From positions 50,486-114,485 of the forward strand of contig JBGATO010000002.1 in the NCBI GenBank assembly GCA_044229145.1: DNA of 64,000 nucleotides, read 5' to 3'. This document shows, one piece after another, positions 30,217-39,611 of this stretch. The DNA is from Candidatus Eiseniibacteriota bacterium. Lineage in GTDB: Bacteria; Eisenbacteria; RBG-16-71-46; CAZEPH01. The position numbers and the translations under genes were made by a program. Under the pieces are notes generated by a model, which was given only the letters and a program-made list of their open reading frames with translations, did no database searches and was not told the origin of the DNA. Positions within the stretch are counted from its first letter, which is position 1. Each line of letters starts with the position of its first letter.

Positions 30217-30276
30217 TGTCTGCTACACTGCCGCGCGATTCGTCCCCGTCTTCGTCGATCCAGGAGAGTCGCCCGC

Positions 30277-31188
30277 ATGTCCGGCCCCGGTCGCATCGTC
30301 GGTGGCGCCATCGCGCCGCATCCGCCGCACCTCGTGTACGCCGAGAACCCACCGCAAAACGAGCCGCGCGCCGAGTGCGGGTGGGAGACGCTGCGGTGGG
30401 GCTACGAGCGGCTGCGCGCCAACCTCGCCCGCAAGGACTACGATGTCCTGATCGTGCACTCCCCGCACTGGCGCACCGTCGTTGGTCATCACTTTCTCGG
30501 CGTGCCGCACTTCAGCGGCTTGAGCGTCGATCCAATCTTTCCGAACTTGTTCCGCTATCACTTCGAACTCGACGTCGATGTCGCACTCGCCGAGGCGATC
30601 CACGACGAAGCGCGCGACGCCGGCCTGGTCACGAAGATGATGCGCAATCCGCACTTCCGCATCGACTACGGCACCATCGCCTCGTGCCACCTGACGAATC
30701 CGGCGTGGGACAAGCCGATCGTCGGCATCTCATCGAACGCGGCATTCTTCTATTACTCGAACGAGGTCGGGCAAGAGCAAATGCTGGCACTCGGCGAGGC
30801 GACGCGCCGCGCGGTGGAGAAGTCGGGCAAGCGCGCGATCGTGCTCGCGAGCAATTCGCTCAGTCACCGCCACTTCACGAGCGAGCCGCCGATTCCGGAG
30901 GACATGTCGCACGAGCACATCTACCACCACGGCCAATACCTGTGGGACATGCACGTGCTCGACTTGCTGCGCCGCGGCCGCGCGCGCGAGTTCCTCGACG
31001 AGATGCCGGACTTCACCGATCAAGCCGAGAGCGAGACCAAGGCGGGCTCGACGAGCTGGCTGATCGCGGCGCTCGGGTATCCCGAGTATCCGGCGGAGGT
31101 GCACGGCTACGGCACGGTGATCGGCACCGGCAACGCGATCGTCGAGTGGGACCCCGAACGCGCCGCGGTCGCGGGAGGTGCGCGATGA
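30277..31188 (+). CDS. amnB: 2-aminophenol 1,6-dioxygenase beta (catalytic) subunit-like, LigB/class III extradiol dioxygenase
   Basis: APHPPHLVYAENPPQNEP, HSPHW, SVDPIFPNLFRY, DYGT, SNSLSHRHF, YGTVIGTGN. Confidence 0.88.
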   Translation: MSGPGRIVGGAIAPHPPHLVYAENPPQNEPRAECGWETLRWGYERLRANLARKDYDVLIVHSPHWRTVVGHHFLGVPHFSGLSVDPIFPNLFRYHFELDVDVALAEAIHDEARDAGLVTKMMRNPHFRIDYGTIASCHLTNPAWDKPIVGISSNAAFFYYSNEVGQEQMLALGEATRRAVEKSGKRAIVLASNSLSHRHFTSEPPIPEDMSHEHIYHHGQYLWDMHVLDLLRRGRAREFLDEMPDFTDQAESETKAGSTSWLIAALGYPEYPAEVHGYGTVIGTGNAIVEWDPERAAVAGGAR

Positions 31189-32573
31189 GCCGCGAGGGAA
31201 CCATCGTCGCCGGCTACATCGTGCCGGGCATGCCGCATCCGCTGCTGGTGCCGGAGCGCAACGCCGGATGGGCATCGCTGCGCGCGAGCTACGAACGTGT
31301 CGCGGCGGAGATCGCGCGTCACGACGCCGACCTGCTCATTCTCTACAGCACGCAGTGGATCTCGATCATCGGTCACCAAGTGCAGGCCGATCCCGAACCG
31401 GTGTGGCATCACGTCGACCCCGAGTGGCACGAGCTCGGCGACATGCCGTATCGCTTCCGCATCGACGCGCCGTTTGGCGCCGCGCTCGAATCGGCGGCAC
31501 ACGCGCGCGGACTCGCGGCGCGCACCGTCGCCTACCACGGTTTCCCGATCGACACCGGCACCGTCGTCGCGCTCACACTGCTCAATCCGGGCAATCGCCT
31601 GCCGGCAAGCGTCGTGTCGTGCAACATGTATGCGGATCGCGCCGAGACGCTCATCTGGGGCAAGGCGGCACGCGACGCCGTGCGCGCGTGCGGCAAGCGC
31701 GCGGTGGCCATCGCGGTGACCGCATTGTCGAACCGCATGTTCACGCATGACATCGATCCGGCTGAGGATCGCATCAGTTCGCTCAAGGACGACGAGTGGA
31801 ATCGCAAACTCCTCGAATTGCTCGGCGAAGGGCGGCTCGAGGACGTGTCGCAGTTGGCGCGCGAGTTCAGCGCGCAGGCCAACGGCGATCAGAGGCTGAA
31901 GGCCCTGTGGTGGCTCGCCGCGCTCATGGGACAGCACAACGACTACGTCGGCGTGGTGCATGACTATCAGGCCGTGTGGGGAACCGGCGCGGCCATCGTC
32001 GGCCTGACGCCGACCGATACCCCGGCGGCGCGCCTCGAGTTCGACGAGGAAGATGTCGACGTCTTCGCGGGCGAGCGCAATGTGCTCGGCGCGCCCGGCG
32101 CACAGCCGCCGCGTGTCGCGTCGCCGTCGCGCGACGCGGCGGTCGCCGTCGCGGAGCCGCCCACCGCAATTCACTCGGAGCACGCACCGGCGCCGGTCGG
32201 CCCGTATCCGCATGCGCGGCGCGTCGGCGAGTTGCTCTTCGTCAGTGGCATGGGGCCGCGCGACCCGAAGACCAACGAGATCCCGGGCGGGCCGGTGCGT
32301 GGCGCCGACGGACAGCCGCGCGACTACGACATCGAGGCACAAACGCGCGCGACGATCGAGAACGTCAAGCGTGTCCTCGAGGATGCCGGCGCGTCGCTGC
32401 GCGACGTGTTCGACGTGACAGTGTTCCTGATCGACATGGATCGCGATTTCGCGACGTTCAATCGGGTGTACGGCGAATATTTCGCCGACATCGCGCCGAC
32501 GCGCACGACGCTCGCGGTGCGTGCATTGCCGACGCCGATCGCGGTGGAACTCAAGGTCATCGCCCAGGGGTGA
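31185..32573 (+). CDS. Fusion of 2-aminophenol 1,6-dioxygenase alpha-subunit-like domain and RidA-family (2-aminomuconate deaminase-like) domain
   Basis: N-terminus VPGMPHPLL...YSTQW...FPIDTGT...LSNR; C-terminus APAPVGPYPHARRVGELLFVSGMGP...PTRTT...LPTPIAVELKVIA. Confidence 0.85.
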   Translation: MSREGTIVAGYIVPGMPHPLLVPERNAGWASLRASYERVAAEIARHDADLLILYSTQWISIIGHQVQADPEPVWHHVDPEWHELGDMPYRFRIDAPFGAALESAAHARGLAARTVAYHGFPIDTGTVVALTLLNPGNRLPASVVSCNMYADRAETLIWGKAARDAVRACGKRAVAIAVTALSNRMFTHDIDPAEDRISSLKDDEWNRKLLELLGEGRLEDVSQLAREFSAQANGDQRLKALWWLAALMGQHNDYVGVVHDYQAVWGTGAAIVGLTPTDTPAARLEFDEEDVDVFAGERNVLGAPGAQPPRVASPSRDAAVAVAEPPTAIHSEHAPAPVGPYPHARRVGELLFVSGMGPRDPKTNEIPGGPVRGADGQPRDYDIEAQTRATIENVKRVLEDAGASLRDVFDVTVFLIDMDRDFATFNRVYGEYFADIAPTRTTLAVRALPTPIAVELKVIAQG

Positions 32574-33163
32574 ACGCCCCGCTGGTCACCGACGGTGCCG
32601 GCGCGCTCCTGCCGTGGGCGCGCAGCCTGTGGGTGTACGCCGGCGTGCTGTTCGCGGACGCGCTCTCGCTGCCGGTGGGCTCGACACTCTACGTGGCGGC
32701 GATGGGCACGGTGCACTCGCCGCTGGTCGTCGCGTTGGTCGGCGCATCGGCGACGACGGCCGGCTCGCTGGCGCAGTATGGGATCGTGCGGTGGATCATG
32801 CGGGCGGGTGTCACGCGGCGGGGCGCGGTAGCCCGTGTGCGTGCGCGCATCGAGCATGCGGTGGCCCATGCACGCGATGCGACGGCGGCGGCGCTGTTCG
32901 TCGTCTATGCGACGCCGCTCAGCGCGGGGCCCCTGCGGTTGATCGCCGCGGTGAGCGGCTTCTCGCTGTGGCGCTTCACGGCCGCCATCTGGTTGGGCTG
33001 CCTGCCCTACTATTTCGTGCTCGCCACCCTCGGGCGGGCGATTCACTTTCCGTGGTGGATGTTGGCCGCGGGCATCGGCATCGTGCTGGGATTGGGGATC
33101 GTGCACGCGGTGCAGATGTGGCGCGCCGCGTCCCCCGAGGGCGGCGCGGCGCGCGACGACTAG
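32570..33163 (+). CDS. DedA/VTT-like membrane protein
   Basis: Hydrophobic; GSLAQYGIVR, TPLSAGPLRLIAAVSG...FTAAIWLG pattern; GTGA overlap. Confidence 0.6.
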   Translation: MNAPLVTDGAGALLPWARSLWVYAGVLFADALSLPVGSTLYVAAMGTVHSPLVVALVGASATTAGSLAQYGIVRWIMRAGVTRRGAVARVRARIEHAVAHARDATAAALFVVYATPLSAGPLRLIAAVSGFSLWRFTAAIWLGCLPYYFVLATLGRAIHFPWWMLAAGIGIVLGLGIVHAVQMWRAASPEGGAARDD

Positions 33164-33167
33164 CGGA

Positions 33168-35678
33168 TTACGGTTCGAGCAATCCCGGCGCATCGAGCGG
33201 CAGCATCATCACGCACGGCGCGCCCGCGGAGCCCAGGAGGCGCACGTAGAATTCGCGGTCGCGCGCCGCCATCGCCGGCAACCACGCGCTCGCGTTCGCG
33301 GCCAGCGGCGACACCTTGAAAGCGTCCGGGTTGATGGCGCCGCGCTGCGGACCTTGGACGACCTCCACCTCGCGGCTCCGCGAGAGACCGGCGAGATCCC
33401 GCGCGGCTTCCATCGCCTCCCACAGCCCGCCGAGTGAGTCCACCAGGCCGATGCGGCGCCCGGCGACGCCGCTGAAGAAGTGGCCTTGGCCGATCGTATC
33501 GACGGCATCCGGCGTCATGTGCCGGCCACGCGCCACGGCGCCGACGAATTCGCCGTACATGGTGCGGAACTGCGTCTCGATGATGCCACGTTCGTCGCCG
33601 GTGAGCTGCCGCTGCGGCAGGGTCGCGCCGACGAGCGGAAACGTCACGCCGCGCGACATGTCGGCGTGGGCGCCATGCTGGACTCCGTCGTACGTGAGTC
33701 CCAGCTTGGCGGACGCCTTCTTGTCCCAGAACCAGCCGCCGATGACGCCGATCGACCCGGTGATGGTGACCGGTGTCGCCAAAATGCGCGTGGCGTCCAT
33801 CGAAATCCAATAGCCGCCGGAACCGGCGAGCGCGCCCTGCGACACGACCACCGGCTTGCGTGGTGTCAGCGCGCGAATCTCACGTGCCACGAGGTCGCTC
33901 GGCAGGGGATCGCCGCCCGGCGAATCGACGCACAGGACGACCGCCTTCACCGTGCGATCCTCCGCCGCCGCGTGCAGCGCGCGGCTCAGCGCGCGGCCGC
34001 GGATTCCGGTGTCCATGTCGCACGGGCCGATGGCGTAGAGCAACGCGATGCGGTCGCGCGCGCCCCATTCGTCCGACGCGAATGCGTCAGAGCCTCCGAG
34101 AGGGGCGAGCGGTGAGGCGGCGCCGCGCACACGCGCGGTCACGCGCCGGGCATCCGCGCGCGCGTCCGCGTACGAGCCTGTCGTGTCGGCCAATCCCGCG
34201 GCCACGGCGGCGTGGCCGCGCGCGTAGACCTGTCGATCCACGAACCCATCGAATGCGGCGCGCGAAAGGCCACGCGACGCGCAGATCGCGTCTGCCATCG
34301 CCGCGTATGCGTCGTCGACGAAGTTCTGGCGCTGCGTGCTGTCGGCCGGCGACATCGTGGTGCGCGAAAAACTCTCCATCGCCGACTTGTAGGTGAAGAA
34401 GCGCCACTCGTCGAAGCCGATGCCCATCTTGGCGATGGCATCGTGATAGAAGGTGCGGCCCATCGCCAGGCCTTCCAGCATCACGCTCCCCTGCGGATCG
34501 AGCCACAGGCGATCGGCGCTCGCGGCCACGAGATAGGTGGTGAAGTCGAGATCGTCCGCGTACACGGTGACCGTCTTTCCGCGCGCCTGCAGACGGCGCA
34601 GCTGCTCGTGCAGTTGCCACGCTTGCGCGCCCGGGATCGACGCGCGCGACAGCTTCACCACGACGCCGTGTACGCTGGGGTCGTCGGCCATCCGCGCGAG
34701 GCGCGACAGCACGCCGAAGAACGCCGTCCGGTCGTCGAACAGCCGGAAGCGCTGGTAGGTCATGACGCGCCCGAGGTCGATCTCGACGATGCGGCGCGCG
34801 CGCGGCGCGAGCTGTTCGGTCAATGCGCGTCCGCGCGTCCCGAGTTCGACCGAGTAGCCGTCCTGGAGGTGGTTGCCATCGGTGTCGTACTGCGAGCGAA
34901 TGGTGCCACGGACACCGCGGAGGAGGTCGGCGGCCACCGCGACGCTGAATCCGCCAGTTCCGCGCGCCTTGCCGGCGATGCTGAGGCCGGGGAGCGGGCG
35001 CAACTCGGCGCCGTAGCCCAACTGCGCATCCTTCCAGCGGTCCCCGCGCTCGCGGCTGACATCACCGAAGAGGGTCAGCCGCGGGCCGAACGGCCGCACG
35101 CCGAGGTCGCCCTGGAATGTGTGTCCGCGCTGATTCAGATCCCACGTCTGCGCCAGGCCGACGGAGACGTAGCGATTCGGCCGCATGACCGTGCCGAGCG
35201 TGAATCGCTCGTGGCGCAGCGCCGCGATGTTGTGGCCTTCACTCCACCCATAGCCGAAGCCGAGCGCTCCCGCCCGTCCGCCGAAACCGAGGCCGAGCGA
35301 GTAGTCGGTCAACGTCTGCTCGGCCACCCCGGATCCGCCGGTCACGAACGCGCGCCGCGTGAACCCGAGCCCGCCGGTGGACACCACGAACGTCGACGCG
35401 CGCTGCGGGATGCCGCCGGCGCCCAGCGAATCTCCCGCGAAGAACAATCCGCCGTGGCCCTGCACCGCCCACACGGCGGGATTGAACAGTCCGCCCGCGA
35501 TGCTGCGTGTGGTGCCGGGCGTGTCGAGCAGGAACTGCGATTCGCGGGGATAGTCGGGAAGGGAACCGGTTTGCGCGAGAGCGCTTCGGGCAATGGTGAT
35601 CGCCAGAAACGCGGTCACCGCTCGCAGGGTGGGGAGCGCCGCGGCGAGTCGAGTCGCGCGCGTGCCGTGTCCGGACAT
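33168..35678 (-). CDS. sppA: Signal peptide peptidase SppA (S49, tandem domains) with N-terminal putative beta-barrel domain
   Basis: YLVAASADR, YKSAMESF, VDSPGG, AGSGGYWI, TITGSIGV, GLVDSLGG; N-terminal ~280 aa with FNPA and alternating aromatic beta strands. Confidence 0.85.
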   Translation of the reverse strand: MSGHGTRATRLAAALPTLRAVTAFLAITIARSALAQTGSLPDYPRESQFLLDTPGTTRSIAGGLFNPAVWAVQGHGGLFFAGDSLGAGGIPQRASTFVVSTGGLGFTRRAFVTGGSGVAEQTLTDYSLGLGFGGRAGALGFGYGWSEGHNIAALRHERFTLGTVMRPNRYVSVGLAQTWDLNQRGHTFQGDLGVRPFGPRLTLFGDVSRERGDRWKDAQLGYGAELRPLPGLSIAGKARGTGGFSVAVAADLLRGVRGTIRSQYDTDGNHLQDGYSVELGTRGRALTEQLAPRARRIVEIDLGRVMTYQRFRLFDDRTAFFGVLSRLARMADDPSVHGVVVKLSRASIPGAQAWQLHEQLRRLQARGKTVTVYADDLDFTTYLVAASADRLWLDPQGSVMLEGLAMGRTFYHDAIAKMGIGFDEWRFFTYKSAMESFSRTTMSPADSTQRQNFVDDAYAAMADAICASRGLSRAAFDGFVDRQVYARGHAAVAAGLADTTGSYADARADARRVTARVRGAASPLAPLGGSDAFASDEWGARDRIALLYAIGPCDMDTGIRGRALSRALHAAAEDRTVKAVVLCVDSPGGDPLPSDLVAREIRALTPRKPVVVSQGALAGSGGYWISMDATRILATPVTITGSIGVIGGWFWDKKASAKLGLTYDGVQHGAHADMSRGVTFPLVGATLPQRQLTGDERGIIETQFRTMYGEFVGAVARGRHMTPDAVDTIGQGHFFSGVAGRRIGLVDSLGGLWEAMEAARDLAGLSRSREVEVVQGPQRGAINPDAFKVSPLAANASAWLPAMAARDREFYVRLLGSAGAPCVMMLPLDAPGLLEP

Positions 35679-35825
35679 GTGACACCTCCTGTCGCGTGGG
35701 AGCACGGCGCGTCGGCCCAGGGGGCGGCGACGAATCGCGCAACGTGCTGTCGAATCGAACACTTGGTCCGCGCGAGGCGCGGAACCGGCAGGGCCCATGG
35801 CGGCGGGCCGCGATCCGAAAACGCA

Positions 35826-35855
35826 AGGCCGGTGCCACGCGTGCGGCACCGGCCT
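35826..35855 (-). terminator. Intrinsic terminator-like hairpin after the sdh operon
   Basis: AGGCCGGTGCC/GGCACCGGCCT 11-bp stem followed on the minus strand by TGCGTTTTC. Confidence 0.6.
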
Positions 35856-35884
35856 GTCGAGACGACGACGAATCGAACGCCACA

Positions 35885-36661
35885 CTACACCTGCATCGGC
35901 TCCTTCTTGCCGCCGCCGGTCAGCGCGCGCCAGATCATCTTGATCGGATCATAGTAGCGGTCCGCGACGCGCTCCTTCAGAGGGATGATGGCGTTGTCGG
36001 TGATGGTGATGCTTTCGGGGCACACCTCCGTGCAGCACTTGGTGATGTTGCACAGCCCGATCCCGCCCTCGTGACGCAGGAACGGCACGCGATCGGCGCC
36101 GTCCATCGGGTGCATTTCGAGCGCCGCGTTGCGCACGAAGAAGCGCGGCCCGGCAAACTGCTCCTTCTTCTCGTGCGACCGCAACACGTGGCAGACGTCC
36201 TGGCACAGGAAGCACTCGATGCACTTGCGGAACTCCTGCACGCGATCGATCTCGTGCTGGTAGTAGATCCAGTTCGCGTCGGCGCGCGGGGTGAAGCCGG
36301 TGATCTGGCGATTCACCTCGTAGTTCCACGAGACGTCGGTCACCAAGTCCTTGATCACCGGGAAGGTCTTGAGCGGCATGACCGTGATCGTCTCGCCTTC
36401 GGCGAAGTGATCCATGCGCGTCTTGCACATGAGCGACGGCTTGCCGTTGACCTCGGCGCTGCACGAGCCGCACTTGGCGGCCTTGCAGTTCCACCGCACC
36501 GCGAGATCCGGTGCGGCGTTGGCCTGGATCCAGTGGATCGCGTCGAGCACCACCATGCCGGGCTCGATGGGGACGGTGAAGTCCTGCGTCTGCCCGCCGT
36601 TCTGGTCGCCGCGAAAGACCTTGAGCAGCGCATTGCGGGTTCCGCTTCCGTGTCCGCTCAC
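35885..36661 (-). CDS. sdhB: Succinate dehydrogenase/fumarate reductase iron-sulfur subunit
   Basis: NCKAAKCGSC, CIECFLCQDVC, CNITKCCTEVCP. Confidence 0.95.
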   Translation of the reverse strand: MSGHGSGTRNALLKVFRGDQNGGQTQDFTVPIEPGMVVLDAIHWIQANAAPDLAVRWNCKAAKCGSCSAEVNGKPSLMCKTRMDHFAEGETITVMPLKTFPVIKDLVTDVSWNYEVNRQITGFTPRADANWIYYQHEIDRVQEFRKCIECFLCQDVCHVLRSHEKKEQFAGPRFFVRNAALEMHPMDGADRVPFLRHEGGIGLCNITKCCTEVCPESITITDNAIIPLKERVADRYYDPIKMIWRALTGGGKKEPMQV

Positions 36662-38481
36662 TTCGCGGCCTCCTTCTTCGGCGCGTCGAACAACGCCTTG
36701 AGCTCCGCCGGCATCACCGGCAGCGGCGTCGCCTCCACCGACATCGCGCCGTCCTTCAGCTTGGTGCAGTGGTTGACCGAGCCGAACGCCTCGCTCTTGT
36801 CGGGGAAGTCGAGACGCGCATGGCCGCCGCGCGATTCCTTGCGCAGGATCGCCGAGCGCACGATGGCCTCCGACACCAGCAGCATGTTCTGCAGGTCGCG
36901 CGACAGGTGCCAGCCGGGGTTGTAGACGCGCGAGCCGGCGACGCTCACCTTGTCGGCGCGCGCGCGCAGCGCCAGGATGGCGTCGAGGCCCTTCTGCATC
37001 TCCGACTCCTCGCGGAAGATGCCGACGTGGTCGTTCATCGCCTGCTGCAGTGCCTTGTGCACCGCGTACGGCGACTCGCCGCCGCTGCGCGCGAACGGTG
37101 CAAGCATCAGCGACTGTTGTTCGCCGATCTCGCTCTCGCTGATCGCCAGGTTCTTCGGCGCCGACTTGGCATAGAGCGCGGCGTGCTCGCCGGCCCGCCG
37201 GCCGAACACCAGCAAGTCGCTCAGCGAGTTGCCGCCGAGGCGGTTCGCGCCGTGCATGCCGGCGGCCGCTTCACCGGCCGCGAACAGGCCGGGCACGGTG
37301 GCCGCGGTGGTGTCGGCTTCGACGCGCACGCCGCCCATGATGTAGTGCGTGGTCGGCCCGACTTCCATCGGCTGCTGCGTGATGTCGACGTCGGCGAGTT
37401 CCTTGAACTGGTCGTACATCGACGGCAACTTCTTGCGCACGCGCTCCGCCGGCAGGTACGAGATGTCGAGGAACGCGCCGCCGTGCGGGCTGCCGCGTCC
37501 ATCCTTCACCTCGGTGTAGATGGCGCGCGCCACGTTGTCACGCGTCGACAGCTCCGGCGGCCGCCGCGCGTCGGTCTGCTTGCGCTCGAACGACGCCTCG
37601 AGCCACGCGCGTGCTTCGTCCTCGTTCTCGGCGTACTCGTGCCGGCGCTCCTCCGGCAGGTACTTCCACATGAAGCGCTCGTTCTTGCTGTTGCGCAGGA
37701 TGCCGCCCTCGCCGCGCACGCCTTCGGTCACCAGCAAGCCCATGACGCCGGGCGGCCACACCATGCCGGTCGGGTGGAACTGGATGAACTCCATGTCGAT
37801 GAGTTCGGCGCCGGCGCGGTAGGCGAGCGACTGCCCGTCGCCCGTGTACTCCCACGAGTTCGACGTGATCTTGTACGACTTGCCGATGCCGCCGGTGGCC
37901 AGCACGACGGCCGGCGCGCGGAACAGCACGAACTCGCCGGTCTGCCGCTTGTAGCCGAACGCGCCGGCGATCTTGCCGCCGCTCTGGAACAGATGGACGA
38001 TCGTCGTCTCCATGTAGACCTGGAGACCTTGGTGCACGCCGCGGTCCTGCAGCGTGCGGATCATCTCGAGGCCGGTGCGGTCGCCGACGTGGGCGAGGCG
38101 CTTCCACTTGTGGCCGCCGAACGCGCGCTGCAGGATCTTGCCGTCCGTCGTGCGGTCGAACGCGGCGCCCCACTGCTCGAGTTCCTTGACGCGGGCCGGC
38201 GCTTCCTGCGCGTGGAGTTGCGCCATGCGCCAGTTGTTGAGGAAGCCGCCGCCCTTCATGGTGTCCTGGAAGTGCGTTTCCCAGCCATCCTGCGGGTCGA
38301 CGTGGCCGAGCGCGGCGGCGATGCCGCCTTCCGCCATCACGGTGTGCGCCTTGCCGAGCAGCGACTTGCAGACGAGTCCCACCGAGACGCCATGGTTCGA
38401 GGCCTGGATCGCCGCGCTGAGGCCGGCGCCGCCGGCGCCGATGACGAGAACGTCGTGTTCGTAGGTCGTGTACTTTTCCAT
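36658..38481 (-). CDS. sdhA: Succinate dehydrogenase/fumarate reductase flavoprotein subunit
   Basis: GAGGAG, AHTVMAEGG, QFHPTG, TEGVRGEGG, HYIMGG, HGANRLGGNSL, ESRGGH. Confidence 0.96.
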   Translation of the reverse strand: MEKYTTYEHDVLVIGAGGAGLSAAIQASNHGVSVGLVCKSLLGKAHTVMAEGGIAAALGHVDPQDGWETHFQDTMKGGGFLNNWRMAQLHAQEAPARVKELEQWGAAFDRTTDGKILQRAFGGHKWKRLAHVGDRTGLEMIRTLQDRGVHQGLQVYMETTIVHLFQSGGKIAGAFGYKRQTGEFVLFRAPAVVLATGGIGKSYKITSNSWEYTGDGQSLAYRAGAELIDMEFIQFHPTGMVWPPGVMGLLVTEGVRGEGGILRNSKNERFMWKYLPEERRHEYAENEDEARAWLEASFERKQTDARRPPELSTRDNVARAIYTEVKDGRGSPHGGAFLDISYLPAERVRKKLPSMYDQFKELADVDITQQPMEVGPTTHYIMGGVRVEADTTAATVPGLFAAGEAAAGMHGANRLGGNSLSDLLVFGRRAGEHAALYAKSAPKNLAISESEIGEQQSLMLAPFARSGGESPYAVHKALQQAMNDHVGIFREESEMQKGLDAILALRARADKVSVAGSRVYNPGWHLSRDLQNMLLVSEAIVRSAILRKESRGGHARLDFPDKSEAFGSVNHCTKLKDGAMSVEATPLPVMPAELKALFDAPKKEAAK

Positions 38482-39260
38482 CAGCGCCCCGGGAAGTTGA
38501 GGATGCCCGCCGCGCACATGCGGATGTAGGCATCGGCGATGACGACGGTGTAGAGGCTCGCCCAGAAGTACTGCATGTGGCGGCCGTTGAGCGCGCTCAC
38601 CAGGCTCCACGCCTTGTAGCGGACCTCGCCGCCCTTCGCACACGAGAAGCAGTCGACGTTGCCGCCGATCATGTGGCGGAAGGCGTGACACGAAGTGGCG
38701 TAGAGCGTGAGCAGCGCGGTGTCGAGGATGAGCAGCAAGTTTCCGAGACCGACGCGCACGTGGCCGTCGTACCAGAACGATCGCACCACGTGGAACCAGT
38801 GGATGGCGATCAACGCGAGCGCGAGGTAGAGGAAGTAGCGGTGCAGATTCTGCAGCCAGAACGGGAAGCTCTTTTCGCCGCCGTAGCCTGCGAGATGCGG
38901 CGCGGTGCCCACCGCGCAGGCGGCCGGCGAGCCGAACACCGAGCGGTAGTAGACGCGGCGCATGTAATAGCAGGTGGCGCGGAAGAGGATCGGCACCGCG
39001 AGCGTCAGCGCGGTCAGCAGGCCGGTCATCGCGATGCCCGGCAACTCGGCGTGGATCGGCGAGCGCAGCGATTCGAACTGCACACCGTCCGGATGGCTGC
39101 CGGACCAGCCGGCGTATCCCATCGCGACGAGTAACGCGACGAGTTGGAACAGAGGCGATTGCCACCACGCGTCTGTGCGTTCGGTGGCGCCGAAGGGCTG
39201 ACCGCACCCCGCGCCGCGATAGGCTTCGGGCGTGGCGGTCAAAGTACGTGCAGGAGGCAT
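38481..39260 (-). CDS. Succinate dehydrogenase membrane anchor (mycobacterial Sdh1 Rv0249c-like)
   Basis: About 5 TM segments; FRATCYYMRRVYYR, QNLHRYF, SCHAFRHMIGG...DCFSC; first gene of the sdh operon. Confidence 0.8.
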   Translation of the reverse strand: MPPARTLTATPEAYRGAGCGQPFGATERTDAWWQSPLFQLVALLVAMGYAGWSGSHPDGVQFESLRSPIHAELPGIAMTGLLTALTLAVPILFRATCYYMRRVYYRSVFGSPAACAVGTAPHLAGYGGEKSFPFWLQNLHRYFLYLALALIAIHWFHVVRSFWYDGHVRVGLGNLLLILDTALLTLYATSCHAFRHMIGGNVDCFSCAKGGEVRYKAWSLVSALNGRHMQYFWASLYTVVIADAYIRMCAAGILNFPGR

Positions 39261-39611
39261 CGTCCGTCTTCCGTCGTGGGACCATGTGCGATGATGCGAG
39301 CGCATCATCCGGCGGGGAGCCGTGCGCATGGCGAACGCGATGCAAAACCGAGAGGCGCGGGCAGCATGCGGCCGACATCCCCAGAATTGCGGCACCTTAG
39401 CACAGGGCACCACCCCCGGAAACCCGCGCCGGGGTCGCCATCGGGTCCATCGCCCGGGAGATGTCGGGCATCGCGGAACCTGAATCCCCTCCGCGGCCTC
39501 TGTGATCTCGTGCAAAGCCGGCGTGCGCGCCGGCGTACCACCTCTGGCTGATCTGGATCGTCCACGCGGTCCCCGGCTGGAGCGCCGTCCCCGTCTGCCG
39601 GGGGGCTTCCC

